Source: Eledone cirrhosa (taxonomy: Eukaryota). From it: DNA of 64,000 nucleotides. Below the pieces are notes generated by a model, which saw nothing but the letters and a program-made list of their open reading frames with translations, made no database searches and had not been told where the DNA came from. Below, piece after piece: positions 39,752 through 55,405 of this stretch (position 1 is the first letter of the stretch; every line of letters begins with the position of its first letter). The translations under genes were made by a program, and so were the position numbers. Where the stretch lies: the NCBI GenBank assembly GCA_964016885.1, contig OZ024744.1, forward strand, positions 88,350,001-88,414,000. Direction: 5' to 3'.

Positions 39752-40013
39752 CACACATGCACACACACATATATATATATACATAGGGGTGCGCGCGCGT
39801 GTGTGTGTACGAAAGAGAAACAACGCTGACGACTATAAACAGAATTCTGCCAGAGACGCCATTTTCGACCAAACTGGCAGAGACGGAATCCTGTGTTATG
39901 GCTTATCTTTTGAGTCATGTTTGTCAATTAAAGGATAGACGATGTATAATGCAGAGCAACTATATGTTTTTTTTAAACACACGCATATATATATATGCTG
40001 GGTCCGTCAACTT

Positions 40014-40085
<72 letters not shown>

Positions 40086-40220
40086 TATTGAGCAAGACAC
40101 TTTATTTCACGTTGCTCCTTCTACCTGGAGTTGCGACCGATAGAGATAGTATTAGCAACGGGAAAGATCGAATGAAACATTGTTTCCACGGTCCGATTTG
40201 CCGAAAGTCGATCGATCCTT

Positions 40221-40262
<42 letters not shown>

Positions 40263-40315
40263 GGCTTCTAAAGGACTAGAACTGCTTCATTCGGAGAAAA
40301 TCATTACGAAATTAC

Positions 40316-40362
40316 TTTCCTGATGATTTTCTCCGAATGAAACAGTTCTAGTCCTGTAGAAG
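40316..40362 (+). ncRNA. Type I hammerhead ribozyme inside a palindrome (40256-40371)
   Basis: tttc-CTGATGA-ttttctccgaat-GAAA-cag ttctagtc ctg-TA^gaag. Confidence 0.62.
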
Positions 40363-40914
40363 CTTTTTCTATATTTTATATATATACTCTGCTTTGTATT
40401 GAGTACCTTAGTTACTGTGGTTATCCCCGATTGAACCCGTGATAAACTTATATATATATATATATATGTATGTTGTGCGTGCGTGTGTGTGTGTGGATTT
40501 GGTTTAATATACGTTCATTTCATTCGATTGTTGAGCCTCTACATGCTCGCTGATGGTGTTAGAAATACCAGCTAATTCACACCCCATTATTATAACGAGA
40601 CACTGATGAACATAATAATATTATACACCCTTAAAACGACCAATAACTCTGACCAAATCATTCCAGCCCAACATCTAACATGTACACATAGTTTAATAAA
40701 ATAATCTAATGTACCAGAACTCAACTTATACAAGCATGCCTTAAACTAAGATTAACTGAATATTTAGTTGAAAAATATAAAGCTGGTGACGAATAAATAT
40801 TCAAAATAAAAATAAATATTCCCCAAAGAAAAGGGAAAATGAAGATCTGTGGATATTGTAGAAAAGAAGCCATATTTCTTAGGATTAGAAAGGACAAACT
40901 TTATTGAACTCCAA

Positions 40915-41342
40915 AATAATTGTTTCTACTTTTGGCACAAGGCCAGCAATTCTCCCAGTACATTACTGGTACTTTATTTCATCGACCCCGTAAGGACGAA
41001 AGGCAAAGTTAAACTCGGTGGGACTTGAACTCAGACCATAAAGGCCTGTAACAAAGCATGGCGTCCGACCCTCTAACGATAAACGTAATTGTCGTCATCG
41101 ATGTCTCTTACTGACTACAACTCGTTGGTGGCACGTATTACGAATAATTAAATCAATATAAAATTTCAAAAGAATAGTTTCTGATTTAGTCATAATTTGG
41201 GGATGAGGGAAAATTCGATTAAATTTACCCCGGTACGTTACTGGTACTTTATTTTTTCGACCCCGTAAAGATAAAAGGCAAAGCATAACCTCGGCGTGAT
41301 TTTACTCAGAACGATGCTCTACTGATACTGCCAACCCACCAC
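40915..41342 (-). mobile_element. Two SINE family A copies (40915-41080; 41205-41342 variant)
   Basis: Reverse consensus motifs ACTGGTACTTTATTT..TCGACCCCGTAA..AAAGGCAAAG. Confidence 0.8.
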
Positions 41343-42102
41343 CTTTTATCCGAAAATATTAGGAAAACTTAGTACATTATTTATTTTGTATTACGGATGG
41401 TAGCCACCTAAAGAGGTGGATTACATAATGATCTTCAATTATTTTTTACGCTTTACTGATAGGCCCTCAAAAAAATAAGGGGCATCTATATATAAATTTC
41501 TGTGATTCTGTCACGGCATGTAAAGAGAGGGGAATAGTTTGACTACCTCATACTACTCCTCTCTCTTTACGTGTTGTGACAGAATCGTATTGTAAATGTA
41601 TGTGTGTGAGTTTGTGTGAATGTATGTTTGTGAGTGTCATTTTGTAAGTGTGTCTTTGTTTGCGTGTTTATATTTATATACTCATACATATAAATGTATA
41701 CATATGTACATACACAAACGCACATACATATAAACATACACGTCAGCGTATGGAATACATACTAGTGTACCAAAAAAATCAAATTCAAGATGTAGTAAAT
41801 TACTTCCATTACATGACATGAAGATGAGACCTATCGTCATGAGCAAGAAATGTCTAACTTATAGATTAAGAAATTTCGTGGATGTCTTGTTAAAACGCAT
41901 TTGTCAATTTTATATCGATGACGATGGTCGTCTAAAACACATTGCATATTGAGTCTGTTTGCTAGCAAACGAATCGAATATTGTCATTATTCGATATAAA
42001 ACTCACAAATGAATTTACGTATCCGCTATGATAGAGCGAAACTAATCTTCTTAAAACCTTTTCCCAAAATATGTACCAAGCTTTATTTGTGATGATCTAG
42101 AT

Positions 42103-42392
42103 CAGACATGGACAAACTTTTTCGAGAAGCGGGCCGTATTTGATATGATTCGTCATCAGGTGGGCCGCAAGCGCTAATTTAGATTCGTGCCCACATTAAA
42201 AAAAAAGGGTGGTAACTCAGGTTGTTTTGATTTGTTTCTTCAGAATTCGTACACGTTGTTTTCCTCGATCGTAAAAATGATAAAGATAAAATACGAGTGA
42301 AAAGTTAGAGTAAACAAATCAGAAAGATTTCACTTAGGTGACTTAGGTAAGCCATTCATAAAGCTTCGCGGACCGCAGGTTGCCCATGACTG
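42103..42392. mobile_element. hAT/Charlie-type MITE with perfect 8-bp TSD
   Basis: TIRs CAGACATGGACAAAC and GTTGCCCATGACTG; TSD ATCTAGAT at 42095-42102 and 42393-42400. Confidence 0.88.
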
Positions 42393-43038
42393 ATCTAGAT
42401 GTTTACAACCATCAAACAAGACACAATTATTGTTTATATCGATGTGGTTAGTTTATAGACTAATATCCCACACAATGATAGAATACGGGATATTATCACA
42501 ACACGTACCACTTTAAATTAAGTAGAGAAAAGTATTTCGTTATCGAATGTCTTAGATTTAGTCTACAGAACATCTATACTGCCATCTAACGGAAATATCC
42601 ATGTTAACTAAAGTAACACCCCCATACGTCACTCTAGATATGGGTTACACCAAAAAGAACATTCATGAAGAATCACTTTAAAATTTCGGAGCCAAATTAT
42701 AGACATACTTTAAAAAAATAGAAAGCTTTTCTTGTTTACTGTTTCATCTTATGGAACATTGCAGTAGATAAACTAGAAAATGTTAACATATTATAAACAC
42801 CATAAATACTATTTACATAAATAGTATTTAAAATAGAAAAGCTCCACTGTTTACATATTTTGATAAAGATAATAGATGGAAGGATTAAAATGGATTCCCC
42901 TGAATCATGTCATACTATTCAAACCCGGCTGCCACAAACATACATGAATACATATTCTTTATATTTTGGCAAAACGAATATTCACAAATTACACACTTGT
43001 TAATCTTTCGAATATTTCTCTGCAGTTTATTGAAAATT

Positions 43039-43775
43039 GGGGCAGTATCGATAGAGGGTCGGACGCCGTGCTTTCCAGCATAGTTACGTCCCTTTACGGT
43101 CTCAGTTCAAATCCCATCGAGGTTAACTTTGCCTTTCATCCCTACGGGGTCGATAAAATAAAGTACAGTAATGTACTGGGTAATTGCTGGTCTTGTGCCA
43201 AAAATTATAGATATTCCTGAATTACTGACGTTGAAAAGTCAACTGAAATAAAACGTACGTCTCTTTATATCAAAATACAACGCATATTCATAGGAATCTA
43301 ATAGTTTTGTATAATAATTGTTTCTACTTTTGGCACAAGGCCAGCAATATGACAGTGTATTACTGGTACTTTATTTTATCGACCCCATAAGGATGAAAGG
43401 CAAAGTTAACCTCGGCAGGATTTGAACTCAGACCATAAAGGGCCGTAAATCTTTGCTGCAAAGCATGGCGTCCGACCCTCTACCGATACTGGCAATCCAC
43501 TGCCCAAGTTTTGTATAATAATGGTTTCTCATTTAGACACAAGGCCAGCAATTTGGAAGGAAGGGAAAGTCGGATAAATTTACCCCAGTACGTTACTGAT
43601 GCTTTATTTTATCGACCCCGTAAGCATGAAAGGGAAAGCGAAGCTCTATAATAATGGTTTCGTGTTTAGGCACAAGGCCAACAATTTGAAGGGAAGGGAA
43701 AGTCGAATAAATTGACCCGAGTGCTTGACAGGTACTTTATTTTATCGACTCCGTAAGGATGAAAGGCAAAGCTAA
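43039..43775. mobile_element. SINE family A cluster: 43039-43205(+), 43312-43505(-), 43516-43640(-), 43649-43775(-)
   Basis: Four recognisable copies; the last two are a subfamily with a GGAAGGGAAAGTCG insert. Confidence 0.85.
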
Positions 43776-44207
43776 CACGTAAAATGATAAAAATGAAAAT
43801 TTAATCACAAGTGCAAAATTTTAGAAACAGATTCTCAATCCACAACTATCAAAATTTGTGAATAACTTAGATTCGACGATGGACAACTTTTTAAATTCAA
43901 AGAGAGTATCATGTGTTTATCAAGTATATCTTTTCTATGTTTTAACAGGCTGTGAAAGGGAAGGGGGGGGGGGATTAATTCTGAATAACTGGGAATGATT
44001 TACCGAAATGGATGACCGTCCCTCGACAAAAAATCCGAAATTTTAATAGAATATTGAGAGATGAACCGGAAGACTTTTTCCCTGACTTCAGGATTTTTTC
44101 AGTTTATCAGTTTGCAAACGACATTACCGAATAACAAAGAATAAACTTATACTTATATACTTATACTTATACTTATACTTATACTTATATATATATATAT
44201 ATATATA

Positions 44208-44364
44208 TTGATTTAAAACCGAACTATCCACAAGTGTTTTTTAACCTTCATATCATGTCTTCCTGTTTTATCTGATGAAAACACAAATATTATTGCATGA
44301 TGATATTTGTTTTTGAAATGCGCATAATAAAATACATGGAACTCTTTTAACCATCTTTTGTTCT

Positions 44365-44372
<8 letters not shown>
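44208..44372 (+). mobile_element. Solo Penelope pLTR with hammerhead (44264-44334)
   Basis: Homologous to 30370-30535; CTGATGA at 44272, GAAA-tgcgca-TA^ataaaata; lies within (TA)n. Confidence 0.8.
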
Positions 44373-44440
<68 letters not shown>

Positions 44441-44445
<5 letters not shown>

Positions 44446-44619
44446 TGTATATATACTGTATTTTGCAATACACTGTATGCTTAATTAAAAGCATTTCGAA
44501 GACCTTATGGTATTGTTTTAAAGTAGTGACAGTCTCACTTACTTTAAAACAATAGCATAAGGTCTTCGAAATGCTTTTACTTAAGCATACAGTGTATTGC
44601 AAAATAAACCATGTATACA

Positions 44620-44681
<62 letters not shown>

Positions 44682-44855
44682 TGTATATATACTGTATTTT
44701 GCAATACACTGTATGCTTAATTAAAAGCATTTCGAAGACCTTATGGTATTGTTTTAAAGTAGTGACAGTCTCACTTACTTTAAAACAATAGCATAAGGTC
44801 TTCGAAATGCTTTTACTTAAGCATACAGTGTATTGCAAAATAAACCATGTATACA

Positions 44856-44919
<64 letters not shown>

Positions 44920-45093
44920 TGTATATATACTGTATTTTGCAATACACTGTATGCTTAATTAAAAGCATTTCGAAGACCTTATGGTATTGTTTTAAAGTAG
45001 TGACAGTCTCACTTACTTTAAAACAATAGCATAAGGTCTTCGAAATGCTTTTACTTAAGCATACAGTGTATTGCAAAATAAACCATGTATACA

Positions 45094-45098
<5 letters not shown>
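44441..45098. repeat. Three tandem 184-bp palindromic MITE units separated by (TA)n
   Basis: Units 44441-44624, 44677-44860 and 44915-45098 look identical; each is a near-perfect foldback centred on GTGACAGTCTCAC. Confidence 0.92.
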
Positions 45099-45183
<85 letters not shown>

Positions 45184-45325
45184 TATATAAGTATAAGTAT
45201 ATAAGTGTAAAATTGCACGTTAAATATATATAAAATATTATACAATTTAGAATGATATTAATTATTATCATTCATATATATATCGGTATTTCAGAGCGCC
45301 AATTCTAATATATATATATATATGA

Positions 45326-45524
<199 letters not shown>

Positions 45525-46116
45525 GCAGGTATTTTGTATGTATTTTGTATGTAATATTATATTTAAAAGCCTTGAGCGAATATTTATTACAATTTAAAGG
45601 AAACAGTTTCTGCTGCATCCCAATATATATCATTTTGTGAAGTAATCATGACGATCAAATTCAACCATACTCAACAAGGTTGTTCAAACATCAGATAAAT
45701 AAGGAATTAAATGTAATTACTTGAGAATGATGCATGAGATACATTTCATTTCAAATGTGGCGCATTTATGTGGTTGATGACAGATACTTTAGGTACTCCC
45801 AGATAAATTCCCTTTCACTTTTCTTTCTGCTAATAGACCGGCTTTACTACCAGACAGACATGCCTCGTTCACCGCCTAAGATTTAAACAACTGTTAATTT
45901 AAACTATTCATAAAGGAGTCAAATTGAGACAAGATATTGGAATTATAATCAGTGCTTTAGCTTAATTATCCTCAGACATAACAGATGTTTATAAATAAAT
46001 CACACTCCATTAGGAGAGAATATGGTGTTTACTTCAGGTTATTACCCTCATATGTATTTGCCTCTACATATCAGGAACCAAACACACACACATGTGCACA
46101 CACATGCACACACACA

Positions 46117-46188
<72 letters not shown>

Positions 46189-46558
46189 CAGATACACACA
46201 TGCAGACACACAGGCACACACACACACACACACACACATAAATATATAGTAATATATATTTCTATATATTTTTTTATATTATTTTTCTTACTCTTTTATA
46301 TATTTTTTCTCATGTATACTTTCCGTTATTTTTCCAGCCTCATTTCCAATTTTCAACAGATTTTAAATCTCATTTCATATTATCTATTCATAACATCTCT
46401 GTCTGACGACCGATCCAGACGTATATATTATTGTCTAGGACCCAGAAACATTTGGTAATAGAGTAATTATATTTTGTGTTGTTCACTTTCTAATTGAATA
46501 TCTCTGTTCTATACATAGAGCACTCTTTTTTCCTTTGCTTTTTCTTCGGAATTACCTA

Positions 46559-46602
<44 letters not shown>

Positions 46603-46811
46603 CATAAAATGGTATAGTTGCTTGAAGAAATTGGAACGTTATCAACTGAAGGTTTCTTAAAACCTGATGAAGAGACTTTTAGATCCCGAAATATTGGACG
46701 GATAAAAGATAAACAACAAAATAAACCAAATATTACCAGGTAACTTTTACTTTTCGTAACCTCATGTTACAGTCCATTTCGCATTGGTTGACCATCTATC
46801 TCTTTCAACGT

Positions 46812-46895
<84 letters not shown>

Positions 46896-46898
46896 TAG

Positions 46899-47545
46899 TG
46901 AGGAATTTAGATCGATTTGTAATCATAGGCACAGAAGCCAAAATGAATTATTGATCTCGCCTCTTCTGTAACTGCTCTACAACAGACTAACCACGTGTGG
47001 AGTATTAGCTATGGGGCATATCATATCGATTCGTTCATAAGGCAGCAGTACCTGTGTCGAAAAAAACAGGTGGATACCGATCAAAGAGACATAAGAATTC
47101 CAACAGTTAAACAAAGAAAGAGCTGAGATGCTGACAGATTCTTCTTCATCTGAGCCATAATATTCTGGTTTCGACCCCGAAACAATTTGCCAACTACATT
47201 TGATAGTTGATTATTGGCAAACGAGGAATACGAGATCGCATCAACAGGTAGTCTTAAATCTAGCAGCCTTTTCTGGTTTACACAGAAACCATTGGTCCCT
47301 ACAGTTCTCAGACAAGAAAAGCGGGAGGATAGTGAAAATAACAGCAGATCGCTTAGCCTATCAAAAGCAACTCATTAGTCATGTGATTATGCCAGGAGTC
47401 AAATTACTTTGGGGAATTTAGATTGGTCTTTTGATATAGGTACTGAAGCCAACATGAATTATTGATCTCGCCTCTTATGTAACTGCTCTACAATAGCCAA
47501 ACCACGTGTGTGAAATTAGCTTTGGAGCATATCATATCGATTCAT
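46899..47545 (+). mobile_element. Short element with ~135-bp terminal direct repeats (TRIM/mini-LTR-like)
   Basis: 46899-47032 and 47410-47543 share GAAGCCAA.ATGAATTATTGATCTCGCCTCTT.TGTAACTGCTCTACAA...GCATATCATATCGATTC. Confidence 0.5.
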
Positions 47546-47761
47546 ATATATAATTGTTCGATCATAGTTGATCTGAGGTTAAATAATGTTAAAAACTTCA
47601 CACCAAACTGCTTCATCAAATACCAGTGCCTTGCTTGAATCGTCATGCACGGAAATATCTTAAGTTACACCAGCCACCCCAGCCGAACAAGACAGCCGGT
47701 TCAAGAGTTGTTTGTGTAGAGCTCCTAACACCCTTACGTAGTGTGCACAAAAGTCTGTTCT

Positions 47762-49372
<1,611 letters not shown>

Positions 49373-49804
49373 TTCCTCCTAAACTCAAGAATATCTCAAT
49401 TGTTGTTCATTTCTCTTGAAGGGGATATGTGTTAAACAGCCTCCTTATTGTATGTAGTGGTTGTGCCCTGACCTTTGTTGATATACACCTGATTGTCATG
49501 TCTCCACTGAAAGACACTCATGGTCATAATTCTAGAAGGAATGTGCAGTTCTGACGTGTGTCAATAGATGAGCCCAACGTGCTTAAATAATTAGGTATTT
49601 CCCCTTAATATATTACAAGTTCGATCTTTCTTCACGGAAAATTTGGCAATATTTTTAATTTATTATCCAAGAAAGTGGATAGGTAAAAATTGTGAGAAAG
49701 CTTGTCAAATGTATTACATCTGTAATTTGAAGAGCAAACGTTATCATGCGTTGTCTTTGTCTTTTGTTTATTCACAATAGTTTATAACTTTGCCTATTAA
49801 TCCG

Positions 49805-50097
49805 TATGGTGAGCAAATGGGGTCCCACGTGCTGGCCTCCCCACAGCTCCGGCGGACAGGATGGAGAAGGCGTTTCCCCGGACGATGGTAAGAGATATGT
49901 GCTAGAAGAGCAATTCCAACTCGCGAGGCTCATACCTGCGGCTGGCCAGCTCAGCGCCTATGGTGGTGAGTACGGAGATAGCCCTAGGGCCAAGGACACA
50001 AGCAGTCTCCACTGCCAAGGGCACAACCGCGAACCTGTCGGAGAGCGACCGGTACTTGGAGAGTTTGGCCTCCTCTGCCCGACGTGCAGCAGTACCT
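49805..50097 (-). mobile_element. CRE-clade LINE 3' fragment
   Basis: Reverse homologue of 52573-52815 (KYRSLSDRFAVVPLAVETACVLGPRA...GNA). Confidence 0.78.
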
Positions 50098-50262
50098 GAG
50101 TATGTCAGAGAATTATGAAAACGTACAGGTGTTTGTAGAAGGAATACTCACACACATACACAATAATTCAATTCAAGAAGAGGGATACTCATCGTCGAAA
50201 CCGATGTCAGATCATTTCTCTATCTTCAGCTGCTAAAGTGTGTGTATGTGTGTGTGTGTGTG

Positions 50263-50540
50263 TGTATTTGGGAAAGCGATGAGGGATCATTTCTCTGTCT
50301 TAAAGTGTGTGTGTGCGTGGGCGTACATGTGTGTGTGTGTGTGTGTGTGTACGTGTGTGTGCATGTGTGTGTGTGCGCGTATGTATGTGTGTGTGCGTGC
50401 GTGTGCGTGTGTGTATTTGTGAAAGCGATGAAGGATCATTTCTCTGTCTTAAAGAGTCTGTGCGCGTGTGTGTGTATGCGTGCGTGTGCGTGGGTTTGTG
50501 TATTTGGGAAAGAGATGAGGGATCATTTCTGTCATAAAGT
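50263..50540. repeat. Composite minisatellite: ~42-bp core x3 spaced by (GT/GC)n
   Basis: GTATTTGGGAAAGCGATGAGGGATCATTTCTCTGTCTTAAAG at about 50263, 50413 and 50499. Confidence 0.85.
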
Positions 50541-51449
50541 ATGTGTGTGTGCGAGTGAGTGCATGTGTGTGCGTGTGTGTGTGCGTGCGTGTGTGTGTAC
50601 GTGTATGTGTGTGTGTGTGCGTGTGTGTCCGTGTGTGCGTGTACGTGTGTGTGTGTGTGCGTGTGTGTGCGTGTGCGTGAGTGCTAGCGCGCATGTGTGT
50701 GTGCGTGCGTGTGCGTGCGTGTGTGTGTGTGTGCTTGTGTGTGCGTGTGTGTGCACACGTGCGTATGTAATTGGGTGTGTGTGAGTATATATGTGTCTGT
50801 GCGCGCACGTGTATAATGATGCCATTACGTCAGTGTACGCCAGTGCCTCTGCGCATGTCTCTTCTTACATAAGATTGTGATGAGTCTTCAAAAAATAAAT
50901 CTATGCACGTAAATTTTAAAGTCATTAATTAATTGAAAGACTATTTAAAAAAGGGAAAAAAAAGGAACATAGGAAAAAATCCATGTCAATGTTTGCCACA
51001 CGAAGCAATAATAATTGACATGTTATATCATCGACGCTACCATTCTGGATATCTTTGACACTATCTGAAAATGTTTATCTAATTATCGATCCTTGACCTA
51101 AAGGTGTTAGTCATAGAAATAAAAGCCGCCAGGTTTGGTAATCTAAAATTTCCATCCTAATGATAAGACACTTAAATGTGTAAGTGACAGCTACAAATAA
51201 CTGAAGACTATTTTCAAGATTCCGTTCTTTTATTACTTTTTAATGTAGTAGTAGTTATTTAATTCAAAATGTTGTTGGTCTTTGTTGTTGTTGTGGATGG
51301 AAGTAACTATATTTTTATAGCGTAAGGCAAGACAAAATGTTTTGCAGTATTTGTTCTGAATTTTGAAATTTTTCGTTCAAATCACAACTAAAGGGACTTT
51401 GCCTTTCAACATTCTAAAGTGGCGTATGAGCTAAGTATTGGATCGATTT

Positions 51450-51506
<57 letters not shown>

Positions 51507-51508
51507 CA

Positions 51509-51557
<49 letters not shown>

Positions 51558-52572
51558 GTGTGTCTGTGTGTGTTTAAAAAAGGAATGACTTCACTTGTAG
51601 TTCTATTAAATTTAATTTAATTTTATGATATCATAATAGAACTACAATTGAAGCCATTCTTTTCCTTTTTTTTAAATAAACCTAACTGTACTAAGGATTT
51701 CACACATGTTCTAACGGACCGAGGAAACGATGTTTCCATTGGTCTTTATAATTGCTAATACTATCTATGGGTCGCAAATCCAGGTAGAAGGAGCAACGTG
51801 AAATAAAGTGTCTTGCCCGGCCTGAGAATCGAACTCACAACCTCACGATTTTGAATTGTGAGAACGTCGAACAAAATACTTTGCGGTACTTAGTTAGTTA
51901 GATTCTTTTACATTCAGAATTCAAATCCCGCCACGGTCGACATCCTTCGGTACTTCTGTTGATATTTGCATTGAACTCGTAGATCGAGTGAAAAGATAAA
52001 GAGTTGCACAAAGACAGGCTGGAAGTGCTCATCTTCTCCAATTTTTGGTAGACTTTCTATGGGTGGAAGGTCCTTCCGAGGGTCTGCCACTTAGCAGTGT
52101 GTACTTGCAGAATTTTATCACTAGAGAGGTTGTCATGTCCTCTCTACCTATGTAGTTACATTTGATTGTCAACCACTTTACAAAGTATATTGGGTGCATT
52201 TTACTGTAGTATCAGCACTAGAAATGGTCCTTGCATGTATAAATATCTATTCATGTCCCACAATCACATAATTGTGTGTGTGTGTGTATACGTGAGTGCA
52301 TGCATGCATATGAAAGGGTGCTTGCAAGTATAAATATATAGTCATATCCCACAAGTCCATTTTGATCACACGACCCGACAGGGTTTATTGCCGCCTAATA
52401 TTCATTCTACCAATCTTTGCTAAATATGTTGTTACCATATTTCCAATGAAAGACACTGATAATAATTTTCAAACAAAAAGATAAATTATACATAAATTCG
52501 ACATAAATGCGACATAAATGCGACATAAATTCTACATAAATTATACATAAATTCTAAATTGTATCAAACAAA

Positions 52573-52918
52573 TACCGATCGCTCTCCGACAGGCTTGCGC
52601 TCGTGCCCTTGGCAGTGGAGACTTCTGGTGTCCATGGGCCTAGGGCTACCTCCCTACTTACCACCATAGGCACTGAGCTGGCTAGCCGCAGATGTCAGCC
52701 TCGCGAGTTGGAATGGCTCTTCCAGCGCATCTCCCTTACCATCCTCCAGGGAAACGCCTTCTGAATTCTGTCGGCCAGGGCATTCTGGAGAGGCTAGTAC
52801 GTGGGACCCTATTTTTCCTCTATACAGAGAGATGGTGAGGGCTAGAGAGATGGGGGCGATGACGGTGGGAGTTCGGCTCTTCCGTATTCGGACACATTGC
52901 ACTCGTCAAGAGTGTATC
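52573..52918 (+). mobile_element. CRE-clade LINE 3' end + 3' UTR
   Basis: YRSLSDRLALVPLAVETSGVHGPRA...LEWLFQRISLTILQGNAF resembles the CRE C-terminal PLAVET.G...QR.S..I..GNA motif. Further copies at 60876-61083 and 62820-63010. Confidence 0.78.
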
Positions 52919-54719
52919 TTTATACTGACTCGCTTGGAGGTCAGATTTACCAGTTTGTAGTTTAAGGGTACTTACTCAGAATCTAATGATTCTTATAGAT
53001 AATCGTGATGTCTTGGTTTTTCATCTCAACCAGAAGAAATAGTAACCTTATTCCTTAGTAGACTGATTTTGTTGTTTTATCAGCAACATTCTTCTTCTTC
53101 TTCTTCTTCTTCTTCTTCTCCTTCTTCTTCTTCTTCTTCTTCTTCTTCTCCTACTTCTTCTTCTTCTTCTTCTTCTTCTCCTCCTCCTCCTCCCCCTCCT
53201 CCCCCTCCTCCTCCTCCTCCTCCCCCTTCTTCTTTCACAGATATTCTGTCCCGAAATATATTATCCAAGTTCTTTTTTTTTGTTTTTTTTGTTTTTATTT
53301 TTATTTTGTGGTCTGATTTGAGATATATCGGCTGCTATTTCATGCATTTTGAGCCACCATGTGAAGGAGTTCTTCGATGGCATCAACGGCAATGATACAC
53401 TGTCGTTTTTACTTATATTTAATTAGTGCCTTTGTCAATAATGTCATGCAAATCGCACCGTAGGTTTTACATCATTAGAATATCAGGAAATCCAGAAATG
53501 AAGCATATATTGATCATATTATTAGAATTTCTCTAGTAACCACTAGTTATTTAGGGGATAAGCATAAAACGTATTTAGATCAAAAGATGTAATCTTCAAA
53601 CAAATCAGTAGAAAAAAAATTATCGCTGAAATTTCACGCTATAATCGTCTCTAAAAACATAATGACCAGAGAGAAATAAATAAATCGAAACACCCACTGT
53701 CCAAAAACTTCATAGTTAAGCGAGTGCTAACGTACTTCATCTAGTAAACCAACAAACCTTCATAAAAAGAACAATAATTTTCTTAATGAATAATTCTAGT
53801 AAAGAAAAGATCAGAATGGAAAACTCCGAAATATTTATGAATTATAATTAATAATAATATAAGAGATGTAGTGAGGGAAGTGAACTGAATGCTGGATTTG
53901 TAGTTGCATAAAAAAAATGTTCATTATAAAAAAGTACTAATAAAAACAACAGTTTGCAGCACACACTGAACAAAAGTGTCTTCTGTAAAAATGTTACGTT
54001 AAACGATTGTCATATGAAAACGAAACGAAATACTACGTTTATATGAAGTGTTGAACAACAACAATAACAAGTAATATGTTGGGCCATATCAGGAGCATTA
54101 ACCTTTTGTAACATTCTAACAACTCCAACAGACACGATCTCGGAAACAAATAAAAAAGGAAAAAAAGAAAAAAAAACAACAGAATATTATAACCGGTAAG
54201 CTAAGATGGACGACAAGTCAAAATATGATTCAAACATATGTTCCATATTATTAAAACAAATAACATCAAACTTTTGATAAGTGATGCGTAATTAAAATAT
54301 TGAAGATGATAAAATAAAAATTGAAATTAACAACAAAATAAATAAACGCAAACGTGAAAAAACAAATTTATCGTTCGTGAACTAGCAAAAATTAAAATTA
54401 AAGTTAAAAAAAAAAATAATAGATATAAGAAACTTATTAGGATACAAGAAAACAGTGTGTTGCTTTCATTTTAACATGCAAACATGAAAAATGTTGGGCT
54501 TCATTCAGACGCATACAAGTTCGAGTATACTCTTGCACACAAACACTCGCATACATACACAAACACACGCACACACACGAAACACACACACACACACACA
54601 CGCACGCGCATGCACACACACAAATAGAAACACCTATATTTACATACACACATACATACATACATGCACACATACATATATACATACATATATGCATACA
54701 TACATACATGCATACATAC

Positions 54720-55353
54720 ATGATGGCTGAAAACTCTGCTAAGAGTACTGCAATCACTTGTCAGATTACAGAAAATGGTACAGTTTAAGCTACGGCCAGG
54801 CATACGAACCTGTAACATATCCTGAACAAGCAATGCCTGTGCTTTGAAGGTTTTTTTAAGTGGGGAAAGGCCCTGCACTCGACCAATCACACTCTCTGAG
54901 TATAAAAAAACTACGCGAAAAGGAGAACTAGTCAACATCTTCGGATGCTTCCAAAGCCGCAGGTTTTTTTCAGAGTTTCCCTCTCTTACAAAGGTGTTGT
55001 GACAACAACTGGGGGGGGGGGGGGGGTATGTTTCACTCCCTGGTGAAAAACAAAAGTACTATTTGGATGGCCGTTGACACTGCTGAGTTCCTCCGCCCTT
55101 TGGTGGGTCTTATATTTCATCCTGCAGGGTGTCGAAATATCACCCTCCTCACCAAGCATGCTTGGTGGGGTTGTGGTTTAGTCGCCGACGACCCGACCAT
55201 GAGACAGGTTGTACTGGGTTACATGTTCCGGAGTGACCTGACATACACACATACATGCATATGTACATACATACATACATGCATACATACATACATATAT
55301 ACATCCATACATACGTACATGATGGCTGCCCCCTCGTTATCGAGTATGGCCAT
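54720..55353 (-). mobile_element. RTE-derived non-autonomous pieces with (GTAT)n tails
   Basis: 55020-55242 is the reverse homologue of 4328-4520; 3' end ATGGCCATACTCGATAACGAGGGGGCAGCCATCAT at 55319-55353. Confidence 0.65.
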
Positions 55354-55372
55354 TGCACGAGAAAAATAAAAA

Positions 55373-55405
<33 letters not shown>

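Noticed and set aside
43039-43125. tRNA genes at SINE heads
   Set aside because: A- and B-boxes are present but there is no cloverleaf, and each continues into the SINE body.
44441-45098. CRISPR-like repeat-spacer array (also 50263-50540)
   Set aside because: Eukaryotic context, repeats too long or irregular, spacers are microsatellites, no cas genes.
51578-51664. AT-rich hairpin as ncRNA (also the inverted repeat at 59077-59312)
   Set aside because: Large AT-rich loop and mismatched arms; more likely eroded MITE remnants.
53069-53395. Poly-Ser/Pro and poly-Glu ORFs (also 56960-57184)
   Set aside because: (TTC)n, (CCT)n and (GAA)n microsatellites.
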